Below are positions 40,514 to 49,572 of a DNA stretch of 64,000 bases, in pieces; the stretch's first letter is position 1, and each line of letters begins with the position of its first letter. The stretch lies in NCBI GenBank assembly GCA_963789265.1, contig CAWBKB010000001.1, forward strand, positions 1,600,001 through 1,664,000, written 5' to 3'. Below the pieces are notes generated by a model that saw only the letters and a program-made list of their open reading frames with translations, ran no database searches and was not told where the DNA came from. The DNA is from an uncultured delta proteobacterium (lineage in GTDB: Bacteria > Desulfobacterota > Desulfomonilia > Desulfomonilales > Desulfomonilaceae). The position numbers were made by a program, and so were the translations under genes.

Positions 40514-41673
40514 AAGGCTTATCCGTCCTCGGTTCCACCGGTTCCATTGGAATTCAAACCCTTGAAGTAGTGCGTCGCCACCCTGAATTGTTCAAGATTT
40601 CCGCGCTTGCCGGTGGGGGCAACGTCGATCTCTTGCAACAGCAGGTGAGGGAGTTTCGCCCATCTATCGTGGCATGTGGAACCGAGTCCGCGGCCCGAGA
40701 ATTAAGGCAACTGTTGAACGATTACTCCTATTCGCTCTGGATCGGACATTCTCTCGGCGGCCTTGAGAAAGCAGCCACAGCGACGGATGCCGATCTCGTA
40801 GTTGGCGGACTTCCCGGCAGCATTGGTTTGAAGCCCACATTTGCCGCAGTCGACGCGGGCAAAGACGTGGCTCTCGCGACCAAGGAAGTGCTCGTAATGG
40901 CGGGCAGGCTTTTCATGGACACGGTTCGCAAGCGCGGAGTGAATCTTCTGCCGGTGGATTCGGAGCAATCGGCCATATATCAGTGCCTCAGAGGAAATGC
41001 CGGTGCAGAGATCAAAAGGATTATTCTAACCGCGTCCGGAGGCCCGTTTCGGGATTTACCCGCGTCGGATATGGACAGAGTCACGAGAGAACAGGCGCTT
41101 CGTCACCCACGCTGGAAGATGGGGCCCAAGGTCACTATCGATTCAGCGACCCTTATGAATAAAGGGTTGGAAGTGATAGAAGCCCGGTGGCTCTTTGATG
41201 TGCCCGCGTCTAAGATAGAAGTGGTAATCCATCCGCAAAGCATTGTGCATTCCATGTTGGAGTTTGCGGACGGCTCGATCCTGGCTCAACTGGGCGCCAC
41301 GAACATGAGGATCCCCATAAGTTATGCTCTTGCCTTTCCGGAGCGCATTTCTTCCGGTACGCAGCCTGTGAGCTTCCCCAGACTCGGCTCGCTGACATTC
41401 CAGGAACCGGACATGGACAAGTTTCCGCTCCTGAGGGCTGCCTATCAAGCGTTGGAAGATGGTGGAGCAAGTGCGCCGATAATCCTCAACGCCGCGGATG
41501 AGGTCGCAGTCGAACTATTTCTGGCAGATAAAATCTCGTTCACCCACATATCCAGGATAGTACTCGAGTCGCTGGATACTATACCGTCGCAGAACGTAGA
41601 AACGCTCGAGGAGATCATGCAATTCCACCAGGAGGTGGTCGGTCGGGTCCGCAGCCGATGGGAATCGCACTAA
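40510..41673 (+). CDS. dxr: 1-deoxy-D-xylulose 5-phosphate reductoisomerase
   Basis: LGSTGSIG, LPVDSE, TASGGPF, WKMGPKVTIDSATLMNKGLE. Confidence 0.98.
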   Translation: MKGLSVLGSTGSIGIQTLEVVRRHPELFKISALAGGGNVDLLQQQVREFRPSIVACGTESAARELRQLLNDYSYSLWIGHSLGGLEKAATATDADLVVGGLPGSIGLKPTFAAVDAGKDVALATKEVLVMAGRLFMDTVRKRGVNLLPVDSEQSAIYQCLRGNAGAEIKRIILTASGGPFRDLPASDMDRVTREQALRHPRWKMGPKVTIDSATLMNKGLEVIEARWLFDVPASKIEVVIHPQSIVHSMLEFADGSILAQLGATNMRIPISYALAFPERISSGTQPVSFPRLGSLTFQEPDMDKFPLLRAAYQALEDGGASAPIILNAADEVAVELFLADKISFTHISRIVLESLDTIPSQNVETLEEIMQFHQEVVGRVRSRWESH

Positions 41674-41862
41674 CACCAGTTCGCAATCAAGCAATGAAAA
41701 TCAGATGAATGCGGCACAAACCTGACGAGCTGCCAGCGAGGCGCTCATAGGCGTTAAGTTAACGATTTATTCCCCTCTTTCGTAAAGGGGGGCCAGGGGG
41801 GATTATGGGATATCTCATTGAAAATCCCCCTAAATCCCCCTTTAGAAAAGGCGATATTATAC

Positions 41863-41891
41863 TTGCCAAACCCAGAAAGGGGGAGTAAGAT
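41863..41891 (+). promoter_or_regulatory. Sigma70-like promoter overlapping the left IR, driving the first cargo gene
   Basis: TTGCCA-N17-TAAGAT. Confidence 0.6.
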
Positions 41892-41943
41892 GATACTAGC
41901 TTTTCAACCTTGCTTCTGCAACTCCCCTTTTTCTGGAGGCCCC

Positions 41944-42816
41944 ATGCAACGCATCACCTGTGTGCCGCTTGTCTTAATGGGCAATAACCTCGCGGCTTTA
42001 ATGACGCAACTTTTCCGTGAAGGCATCTATACATATAACGATCTGGCCCGGGATGCACATTGGTTAATTCAGAGCCTTGAACAGTGGGGTGCTGATACTA
42101 TTTTTTCGGGTATATCAAGCAAAGCCGAGGCAATTGGTTTGGCGGCGACACTAAAGGAAAAAACCGGTTCCGATTTTCTCAAAGAAAACGGAACGAAGGA
42201 ATTGGATCAAAAAGAAGGATTGATTTTGACAATTCAACACTTCACAAATTCTCTCTTTTTTGACCTGAATTTGGCCGAATCGTACATGATTACTCAAAAA
42301 CGAGACCGTAACATGAGTATTTTGATATATTCAGCGGAACAAGCTTTAAGTAGGCGAACTATCGAACAACTATCTGAATCCTGTCTTAAAGATATAAAGG
42401 AAGCTGGTAGATGTTTGGCGTTTGACCTTCCCACTGCTTGCGGGTTCCACATATTCCGAGCGTTAGAAACGGTCGTTCTGATGTACTTTCCTGTTTTGTA
42501 CATCCCTTATCCAGATGAAAAGAGACGGAATTTAGGGACTTACATTTTGCTACTTAGAGGCGCAAACCAGTATGGGAACAAAGATGCACAGAAAAATTTA
42601 ATATGCAGGGAAGGCGCCCTGAAAGTTAATAACAAAATTACTGGGATGCTAACCCATTTGAAAGATGTTTACCGGAATCCTTTGATTCATCCAGAAGTGA
42701 CACTTACGGATGATGAGGCTGTGAGCACATTTCAGTTCGCTATCAGCGCTATCGACGTAATGGTCCACGATATTATAGAGTGGAAGGCCGTACTCGCTGC
42801 AAACGTGTGTCAATGA
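41944..42816 (+). CDS. Cargo protein with HEPN (DUF4145-like) motif
   Basis: GGAGG RBS; EAGRCLA..TACGFHIFRALE helix and RNPLIH (RxxxxH) motif. Confidence 0.7.
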   Translation: MQRITCVPLVLMGNNLAALMTQLFREGIYTYNDLARDAHWLIQSLEQWGADTIFSGISSKAEAIGLAATLKEKTGSDFLKENGTKELDQKEGLILTIQHFTNSLFFDLNLAESYMITQKRDRNMSILIYSAEQALSRRTIEQLSESCLKDIKEAGRCLAFDLPTACGFHIFRALETVVLMYFPVLYIPYPDEKRRNLGTYILLLRGANQYGNKDAQKNLICREGALKVNNKITGMLTHLKDVYRNPLIHPEVTLTDDEAVSTFQFAISAIDVMVHDIIEWKAVLAANVCQ

Positions 42817-42832
42817 CGAAAGGACGTTACTT

Positions 42833-43807
42833 ATGAACCGGCCAATCATTTCCAAGCCACATTTCCAAAATGAAGACGCTGCTTACGCGTATATCGAAGC
42901 CCGGATATGGCCTAATGGTCCAGTATGTCCTCATTGCGGCGCTACTGAGCGTATAAGCAAAATGAGGGGCAGCGCAACTCGGATCGGAGTCTACAAGTGC
43001 TACGTGTGCCGGAAACAGTTCACCGTGAAGATCGGAACCGTTTTCGAGTCAAGCCATATTCCGCTTCGCCTATGGCTTCAGGCCATTTCCTTCATTGCCG
43101 TATCCAAGAAAGGCATAAGTTCTAATCAGCTTCACAGGATGTTAGGCATTACTCTGAAAAGTGCGTGGTTCATGAGTCATCGTATCCGGGAAGCTATGAG
43201 GAGCGGTGACTTTGCTCCTTTCGGCGCGAACGGCGGCGCAGTCGAATCAGACGAGACTTTCTTGTGGAACGAGCCCGGCAAAGAGGTGAGAAAGGGGTAC
43301 GCACACAAACGCAAAATTCTGTCTCTTATTGATCGCGAATCCGGTCGGTCACGCAGTATGGTTGTGGATAGTGTTGATGCAAAGACTATCGTTCCAATCC
43401 TCCAAGAAAACATCAACCGGGAAGCGCGGGTCATGACCGACGATGCAGGTCAATACTGCCACATTGATGAAAACTTTGCAGAGCATGGCATGGTTCAGCA
43501 CAGCAGCGGTGAGTATGTCTCAAAAATGGACCGCACCATCCACGTCAACTGCGCCGAGGGCTTCTTTTCGATCTTCAGGCGTGGAATGAAGGGCATTTAT
43601 CAGCACTGCAAGAAACGGCATCTTCACCGTTACCTAGCCGAGTTTGACTTCCGATACACCAACCGTTGTAGCAGACCCGAAACTAAGAAGAGGGCTGCTC
43701 GGGACGGTTTTGACGACGCTGAGAGAGCCGATATATTGCTAAAAGGTGTGGTAGGCAAGCGGCTTACCTATCAAACAATTGATCGGCAGATCGGAATCAT
43801 GCAGTAA
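42833..43807 (+). CDS. IS1595-family transposase
   Basis: Zn ribbon CPHC..CYVC, KKGISS, VESDET, MTDD, HVNCAEGFFS, YLAEFDFR. Confidence 0.95.
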   Translation: MNRPIISKPHFQNEDAAYAYIEARIWPNGPVCPHCGATERISKMRGSATRIGVYKCYVCRKQFTVKIGTVFESSHIPLRLWLQAISFIAVSKKGISSNQLHRMLGITLKSAWFMSHRIREAMRSGDFAPFGANGGAVESDETFLWNEPGKEVRKGYAHKRKILSLIDRESGRSRSMVVDSVDAKTIVPILQENINREARVMTDDAGQYCHIDENFAEHGMVQHSSGEYVSKMDRTIHVNCAEGFFSIFRRGMKGIYQHCKKRHLHRYLAEFDFRYTNRCSRPETKKRAARDGFDDAERADILLKGVVGKRLTYQTIDRQIGIMQ

Positions 43808-43956
43808 TGAGAAAAAAGAAGAAGCCGATACCGGACGATCCAGAGCAGTATCCGCGGTTCGTAGAAGCAGCCGAAGATCAATTCAACGAAGACGCAGAAG
43901 AAAAGTTTGAAGAGGCAATCAAGAAAATACTTCGACCAAAACAACCAGAACCCTAA
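43807..43956 (+). CDS. Small protein coupled to the transposase (49 aa)
   Basis: TAATG stop-start overlap; MRKKKKPIPDDPEQYPRFVEAAEDQFNEDAEEKFEEAIKKILRPKQPEP. Confidence 0.6.
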   Translation: MRKKKKPIPDDPEQYPRFVEAAEDQFNEDAEEKFEEAIKKILRPKQPEP

Positions 43957-44049
43957 GCAAGGTTCAGATCCTTAGTTGTGAAAATTCGCGCGGGAAGCGG
44001 AGTTCCTGTTGACTTTTTTGTTTACTCCTGGCATACATCCCTCTTTAGA

Positions 44050-44250
44050 ACTACAAATCGGCTAAGAAGGCTGCCAGGCTCACACTTAGCCGATGAGCAA
44101 TGTTCTTCTCGCCGCTCTTTTGCGGCCAGGTATCAAGGGGAAACAAGGAGTCTATAATGTCGCCTACCGCGCTAGGATGAACCCCTAGCTACGTTCAAAC
44201 GTAGGATGGGGAAACATTCATCCAATGTCATGCCCCACCCGCTGTCTAGC
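44050..44250. ncRNA. Candidate structured non-coding RNA inside the IS1595 element
   Basis: Five adjacent stem-loops between convergent promoter-like sequences; strand unresolved. Confidence 0.35.
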
Positions 44251-44314
44251 TTCTTCTTAGAACATGGCAGGATTCCTGTCAAGTTTTTCGGGAGAAGTGC
44301 GCGAGGAATGAAAG

Positions 44315-44653
44315 ATGAACAATACAGTTGAATGGTCGGGATATCTATTCCATGTCTGTGATTACGAAGGATTATGGAAGAACGTTGGAGGCATTTATCT
44401 TTTTACTGGTCTTAGTCTGTGGAGCTGGAAGTATCCTCTGTATATTGGGAAAGCGAAGAATTTTCATGAGCGCATGTCGGGTCATGAAAAATGGGCCTTG
44501 GCGGTGGCGCTGGGGGCCACCCACGTCCATGCGCTAGTGGTTGACTCGGAGTTCCAGCGCATGCTGATCGAGCATCATTTGATTCAGGCTTATGATCCGC
44601 CACTAAACAAACAGTTACCAGCAAATCCTTTTGCATGGGCAACTCCATACTAA
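44315..44653 (+). CDS. Stand-alone GIY-YIG nuclease-family protein
   Basis: GGIYLF...LYIGKAKNFHERM..H...E..LI..YDPPLN. Confidence 0.85.
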   Translation: MNNTVEWSGYLFHVCDYEGLWKNVGGIYLFTGLSLWSWKYPLYIGKAKNFHERMSGHEKWALAVALGATHVHALVVDSEFQRMLIEHHLIQAYDPPLNKQLPANPFAWATPY

Positions 44654-44837
44654 CTTAGTTTCAGACGGGGGGGATGGTAACATAATTCCATCCCCTTGTC
44701 GCGGGTTTGTAAACTATAATATCGCCTTAGAAAAGGGGGACTTCGATCTCTCTCGGCCTGCATTCACCTCTTGAAAAGGAACGAAATTGCCTTAAGTTAA
44801 CGCCTATGAGCGAGGCACAGGACGGCTCCCCGCATTA

Positions 44838-45617
44838 CTAAGTTGTTCTAGGCAAGACCTGTCCAAGCCAATCCTTGACATATCCTGCAACATCTTGCCA
44901 GCCGGGCTCCCCAAGGACCCAGTGAGCGTGATTCTCGAATTCTTTGTAAACTGAGACCGCTTGGTATTTCTTGGCTACTTGCCGAACAACAGAAGCAGGC
45001 GTAATCCTGTCTTCGGCTCCCGCAACGACCAAAACCGGGCAAGTCACCTTTGATTCGTCGACTCTGCACGCCTTTTTGCCATCGAAGAGCCAGTATCCGA
45101 TTTCACTCGCTGCCCGCCCCGACTCATAAACGAACTTTGCGTAGGCTTCTTTCTGCTCGCTGGGTGACAGCAAATGCATCATTGAATAAGCTGCCTCATT
45201 GAAGGTCTGACGCATCGGCTTTCTCCAGAATCCCCATGTGGTCTGCATGCTCCAGAAGCTTTTTATCACGGACGGCTTCAGAGCTAGAATCCCGGCAGGC
45301 GATGCAGGCGTCAGCAGAACCAGGGCTTTGGCCAACCCTCGGCTGCCCAAGATCTGGGCCAGCAGTCCCCCCATGGAGTGCCCCAGGATAATGGGCTTAA
45401 CACCGAGTTGCTGGATTTCCTTTTCCAGATCTTCGGCATAATCCAAGATACTGGTCGTCCCAAGCCGAGGATCGGGAGCAGCCTTGGGATCCATATCGTG
45501 GTACCGCAAAGTAGTCGTGACACACTGGTAGCCTTCTTTTTCCAGGATGCTCTTGTAGTTTTCCCAATGCCATGCCCCACCCCACATGCCGTGAATCATA
45601 AAGATGGTCTCAGTCAT
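44838..45617 (-). CDS. Alpha/beta hydrolase
   Basis: IHGMWGG, GHSMGG, D and H triad positions. Confidence 0.92.
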   Translation of the reverse strand: MTETIFMIHGMWGGAWHWENYKSILEKEGYQCVTTTLRYHDMDPKAAPDPRLGTTSILDYAEDLEKEIQQLGVKPIILGHSMGGLLAQILGSRGLAKALVLLTPASPAGILALKPSVIKSFWSMQTTWGFWRKPMRQTFNEAAYSMMHLLSPSEQKEAYAKFVYESGRAASEIGYWLFDGKKACRVDESKVTCPVLVVAGAEDRITPASVVRQVAKKYQAVSVYKEFENHAHWVLGEPGWQDVAGYVKDWLGQVLPRTT

Positions 45618-46152
45618 GCTTCCCTCCCTGCCGGTTCAGCCCCACTTTGGGGCTCGATCCAACTTATGTTTGGATGGTTTCCAGATCAGCCTATTGCTGG
45701 ATCTTGCTTCCAGACAACACTCTCTTTAGGATTTGGTGTTTACCTTTTCCTACCAGCGGTTTACAGAGTGAATGAAATCTCGAGGTGACGATAAATCCTA
45801 TTTCCCATTGTGTTTAGACGTACAACACCGTCGTGAACCGGTCAAGAACAAACAGCATGGTAAGGGGAGAATACGCGGCAATGTTCCACGAAGAATGCCC
45901 GATTTCTCATACCAGTTCGAAATCGGTGAATGCAGCACGGATCTGACAAAGCCCTGATCCGTGGCACCCAAACACCCAGGACCTGATATTGACCGGACGC
46001 TGGGTGCCACTGACCTGAGCGCCTCCCCGGCGGCAGGTCAGTGCCCTATTGTTGAAAGTGACTTCGACAAAGCCCTTGATTTTTGCTCGCCCGCCTACTA
46101 TTGATTCTCGAACAATTGTGCCCCACGCATGGAATCCACCGGAGGAAAGGAG

Positions 46153-46593
46153 ATGAACCCAGGGAAGTCAAGCAAAGCGATCTTGCTGTTGGCCGCTGCA
46201 CTGGTGCTATCGACTTCTACGCGTGCCTTGCCGCAAGGTGAAATACTGGAATTCCACTGCCGTTCGTGCAGCTATTCCGAGCGCTTTGTCCAAGGATCGA
46301 ACGCGGAAGAAGAGTCACGAAACGTAGAAAACATAATTGTCGTCTGCGAGCGCACACATCAAATACGCAGCGTCAAAATAGCGGTGAACTCCAACGTGCC
46401 TGTCAAAGGGGAACCCCTTTTGGCCAGACAGTTCGGCGAATGCAAGTCCGACCTTCTCGATGCGAAGCTCCCGATGTTCCTGGTGCCCGGGAATACCTGC
46501 CCCCTGTTTCCTGTGACAGCCTATCTTGAGCGCAATATTTGTCCGATTGACGGAAGAGTGGGTTTTGATTTCTCCATAGTGGGCCGTTTTTGA
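46153..46593 (+). CDS. Exported Cys-rich hypothetical protein
   Basis: AAGGAG RBS, signal peptide, CRSC plus four further Cys. Confidence 0.65.
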   Translation: MNPGKSSKAILLLAAALVLSTSTRALPQGEILEFHCRSCSYSERFVQGSNAEEESRNVENIIVVCERTHQIRSVKIAVNSNVPVKGEPLLARQFGECKSDLLDAKLPMFLVPGNTCPLFPVTAYLERNICPIDGRVGFDFSIVGRF

Positions 46594-46713
46594 ATTTGGG
46601 GTAGACCTCAGGTTGGCTCACTGAACGTCGTTCTCCGCGTACGCAGTCTCGCGTTTCGCGGGACAGACTGGACCCCGGATCGGAGTCCGGGGTGACGGCA
46701 TGGAGGCATATCT

Positions 46714-46896
46714 AGCGGATGTGGTGATCCCCGAGGAACGCGGGAGAACCGCATCGCGAGACAAGTGGGACAGGCATCCTGCCTGTCAACTAGACAGGCA
46801 AGATGCCTGCCTCACCATTCCTCGTCCGGCCATATTCATGCCAGGGGTCGAATGATGCGGTTCATCCCGCGAGATGCTAGATTCACCACATCCTAC
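46714..46896. repeat. Nested REP cluster
   Basis: ggatgtggtga...tcaccacatcctac outer pair enclosing gacaggcatcctgcctgtc and gacaggcaagatgcctgcctc hairpins. Confidence 0.65.
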
Positions 46897-47009
46897 CGCT
46901 TCTCGCAATAGCAGATGTTTGATACTCCGTCTGCGTTTGAATGACTGCTGACACAAGTACTCTGCGGAATTGCACCGGACGACACGGATGACGGTCTTCT
47001 CGGACTTTT

Positions 47010-47667
47010 CTACTTTTTGGGTAAACCCACCGTCTGGGCCCCTATGATCTTTTGGTCGGGCTTCAACTTCAGTGCTTCTCGCAGTTTTGGTTTGTCGATG
47101 CTGAGTCGAAACACCGTAGCCAATCCCGCAGAAGCAGAATACAGATAGACATTTTGCCCGATGAAGCCCGTTTCCAGTGCTGCTGTGAACATCTTGGCAT
47201 CTTCAGGGCCGCTTCCGGCTTTCGCGAGATCCGTGACATACACAAGGTTGATGGCAGCATTCTTTACATAGGACTGCGTGCCCGTCAGTGCGCGGATATC
47301 CCCCGAAGCCACCGGAACCAAAGTGTTTCCCTTCGCATCATAGCGATACACTCCCTGGTCGGTCGTCACATAGACGTCAATGTCCTGGCGATTGTACGCG
47401 GATGGCGCGGTTCGTTTGCCTGAATCGGGCCGGTTTATTCCCCATGCGGCCCAGAGAAGGTTTGAAAGAATTTGAGGCGAGAGATTCCCACTGCCGTACC
47501 TCCCGCGTGGTCTTCCTCTCCTTTAATACTTGTATCAATGGCTTGCTATGATCGAGTTTCGGCGCAGGCAACTGGATCGGTTTCAATTCATCTCCGAAGG
47601 TTGGCAGCATAAAGCCGACGCAGAAAATCAAAGATGCGAAGATCGAGATAAGTGTCCTTGTTTTCAT
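47010..47667 (-). CDS. Nitroreductase / SagB-type oxidoreductase with signal peptide; +1 frameshift near 47499
   Basis: Repaired frame reads ERKTTREYGSG..LSNLLWAAWGINR..RTAPSA..GFIGQNVYL. Confidence 0.85.
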
Positions 47668-47973
47668 TTTTTCCTCCTGTACAAATTAGCATGTCAGTAC
47701 CCTTATACATTAGCGAAGGTGTATGTCAATTTCATGCCCGGATTCTCCTGAATCGTGCTCACAGCTTCTCGAATGTCCAATGATATTCCGGTGCTTAAGT
47801 GCCTTGCTGAAACTTTCCAAAGGATTCATGCATCTCAGCTTGTAGATGCGAGCCCCGAGAGACGACCGGGGTATGAGGTATTTTCCATGCCCATCTGTGA
47901 CTTCAGTGATAGAACATGCCTCCCGAGCCGGGACAATGAAGCCTGGCAGAAGCGAAAAGAGTAGGGGAGATCA

Positions 47974-49047
47974 TTGTCCAATGAGACCTTCCACTCGTGG
48001 GTGTGCAACGTGGTTCCGCGAGCAATTTCGTCCCGATTATGGTTAAAATGCGCCCCTCACGAGGCCCATCAGGGGAAAATGCATCATTCGAACGGTCGGT
48101 TCAAGAATGTTAATGATTGCAAGGGAGCAAGTTTCATAGACTTTCTCAGATGGCGGTTTAGCCGGCTTGGCAAGAGTCCATCGAGGAAAGGAGTCAGCGA
48201 TTTCCCCATGGCCCGCAACGATCCGACGTTTCTGAAATCTAATCAAAGCGAGATCACACTGACCTGGATCGGCCATGCGACTTTGCTTCTGCAGATCAAC
48301 GGAAAAAACATACTCACGGACCCGCACTTTTCCCAACGTGCTTCGCCTGTCCAATGGGCAGGCCCACGCAGGGTCGTTCCGCCGGGGTTGGCGCTCGGCG
48401 ATCTCCCGGCAATAGACATGGTGGTCATTTCTCACAATCATTATGACTCGCTGGATACCGGCAGCATAACCAGGCTCTATGAACGTGACCACGGCCCAAG
48501 CACAACATTCTTTGTGCCGCTGGGCCTTGGCCGGTGGTTCAGAAATCTCGGAATCAGCCGAGTGATCGAACTGGATTGGTGGGACCGGTATGAAGCCGGA
48601 GGCTTGGAAATAATAGCCGTGCCCGTTCAGCACTGGAGCAAGAGACTACTGGAATCGGCCAACACGACGCTGTGGGCAGGTTGGATAATCAGATCAAACA
48701 GTTTTCGTTTCTTTTTCGCGGGTGATTCCGGATATGCATCTCATTTCAAAGAGATAGGGCGCAAGTTTGGACCTTTCGACCTTTGCGCCACTCCGATTGG
48801 GGCGTACGAGCCACGCTGGTTCATGCGTGCCCATCACATGAATCCCGCAGAAGCTGTTCAGGTTCACCTGGATGTGGGGTCCAAGAAATCGGTTGGAATA
48901 CACTGGGGAACTTTTAAGCTCACGGACGAACCTCTTGACGAACCCCCCGAGAAACTTGCTAAGGCCAGAAGAGAAAAAAACATTCCCGAAGATGAGTTCC
49001 TGGTTCTCAAACACGGACAAACCATCGTGCTGCCGAACTCCGGCTGA
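47974..49047 (+). CDS. MBL-fold metallohydrolase (NAPE-PLD/RomA-like); start uncertain
   Basis: WIGHAT, TDPHF, ISHNHYDSLD, QHWSKR, AGDSGY, PIGAYEP, IHWGTF. Confidence 0.92.
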   Translation: MSNETFHSWVCNVVPRAISSRLWLKCAPHEAHQGKMHHSNGRFKNVNDCKGASFIDFLRWRFSRLGKSPSRKGVSDFPMARNDPTFLKSNQSEITLTWIGHATLLLQINGKNILTDPHFSQRASPVQWAGPRRVVPPGLALGDLPAIDMVVISHNHYDSLDTGSITRLYERDHGPSTTFFVPLGLGRWFRNLGISRVIELDWWDRYEAGGLEIIAVPVQHWSKRLLESANTTLWAGWIIRSNSFRFFFAGDSGYASHFKEIGRKFGPFDLCATPIGAYEPRWFMRAHHMNPAEAVQVHLDVGSKKSVGIHWGTFKLTDEPLDEPPEKLAKARREKNIPEDEFLVLKHGQTIVLPNSG

Positions 49048-49134
49048 CGGCTTTACGACCAGTCTGCTGTATCAACTCCCCCCCTTTGAACGGGAGTTTG
49101 AGCCCCATTTCAGGTCAAAGGCGGCTCAGACCTG

Positions 49135-49350
49135 TTATTTTCTGCAGCGCCCAAAAGTCGCGCATCGGGCGTTTTCTATGCCAACGTGATCGGGGGTGAA
49201 GACTACCGGCCGAGCCCTGGTTTCCGCGAGGGCAATGTGCAAACGATGTTCCTCTGCACACGCACACTCCGGCAAATTGGCTACGGCTTCAACATAGCCT
49301 CGTTCCCCAAACTCTTCGGCTCCGGATCCTATTTTCTCGCCTGCGTTCAT
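49135..49350 (-). CDS. Small hypothetical protein (71 aa)
   Basis: GGAGG 5 nt before ATG; ECAC..H and CATFGRC motifs. Confidence 0.5.
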   Translation of the reverse strand: MNAGEKIGSGAEEFGERGYVEAVANLPECACAEEHRLHIALAETRARPVVFTPDHVGIENARCATFGRCRK

Positions 49351-49572
49351 TTCAGCCTCCAATTCAGTTCAATTGTCCATTATCTCATTTACCTATTTCT
49401 CATTTATAGTCTTGCAATAATCCTAAGCATTGAACATCCCACTGGCAAGGAAGTCGAGGTATCGCGGCAAACAAATTGGGCACGAGAACGGGATTTCACC
49501 GGAAAGCTTGCTTGTAGGCATGCGCTCCCTGTGGTATCCTAATTACCAATTACGAATAGAGGGGGAATTATT

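Larger units (their letters stand above)
41850..44726 (+). mobile_element. IS1595-family element with passenger genes (2877 bp)
   Basis: 24-bp IRs ggcgatattatacttgccaaaccc / gggtttgtaaactataatatcgcc (21/24) and 8-bp target duplication TTAGAAAA at 41842-41849 and 44727-44734. Confidence 0.93.

Noticed and set aside
41674..41745. Absence of rseP/bamA after dxr blamed on the IS
   Set aside because: The IS has an intact target duplication and the MITE is complete, so no deletion is indicated
41818..41943. N-terminal extension MKIPLNPPLEK of the cargo ORF
   Set aside because: Reads through the MITE and the IS left IR; ATG 41944 has the RBS
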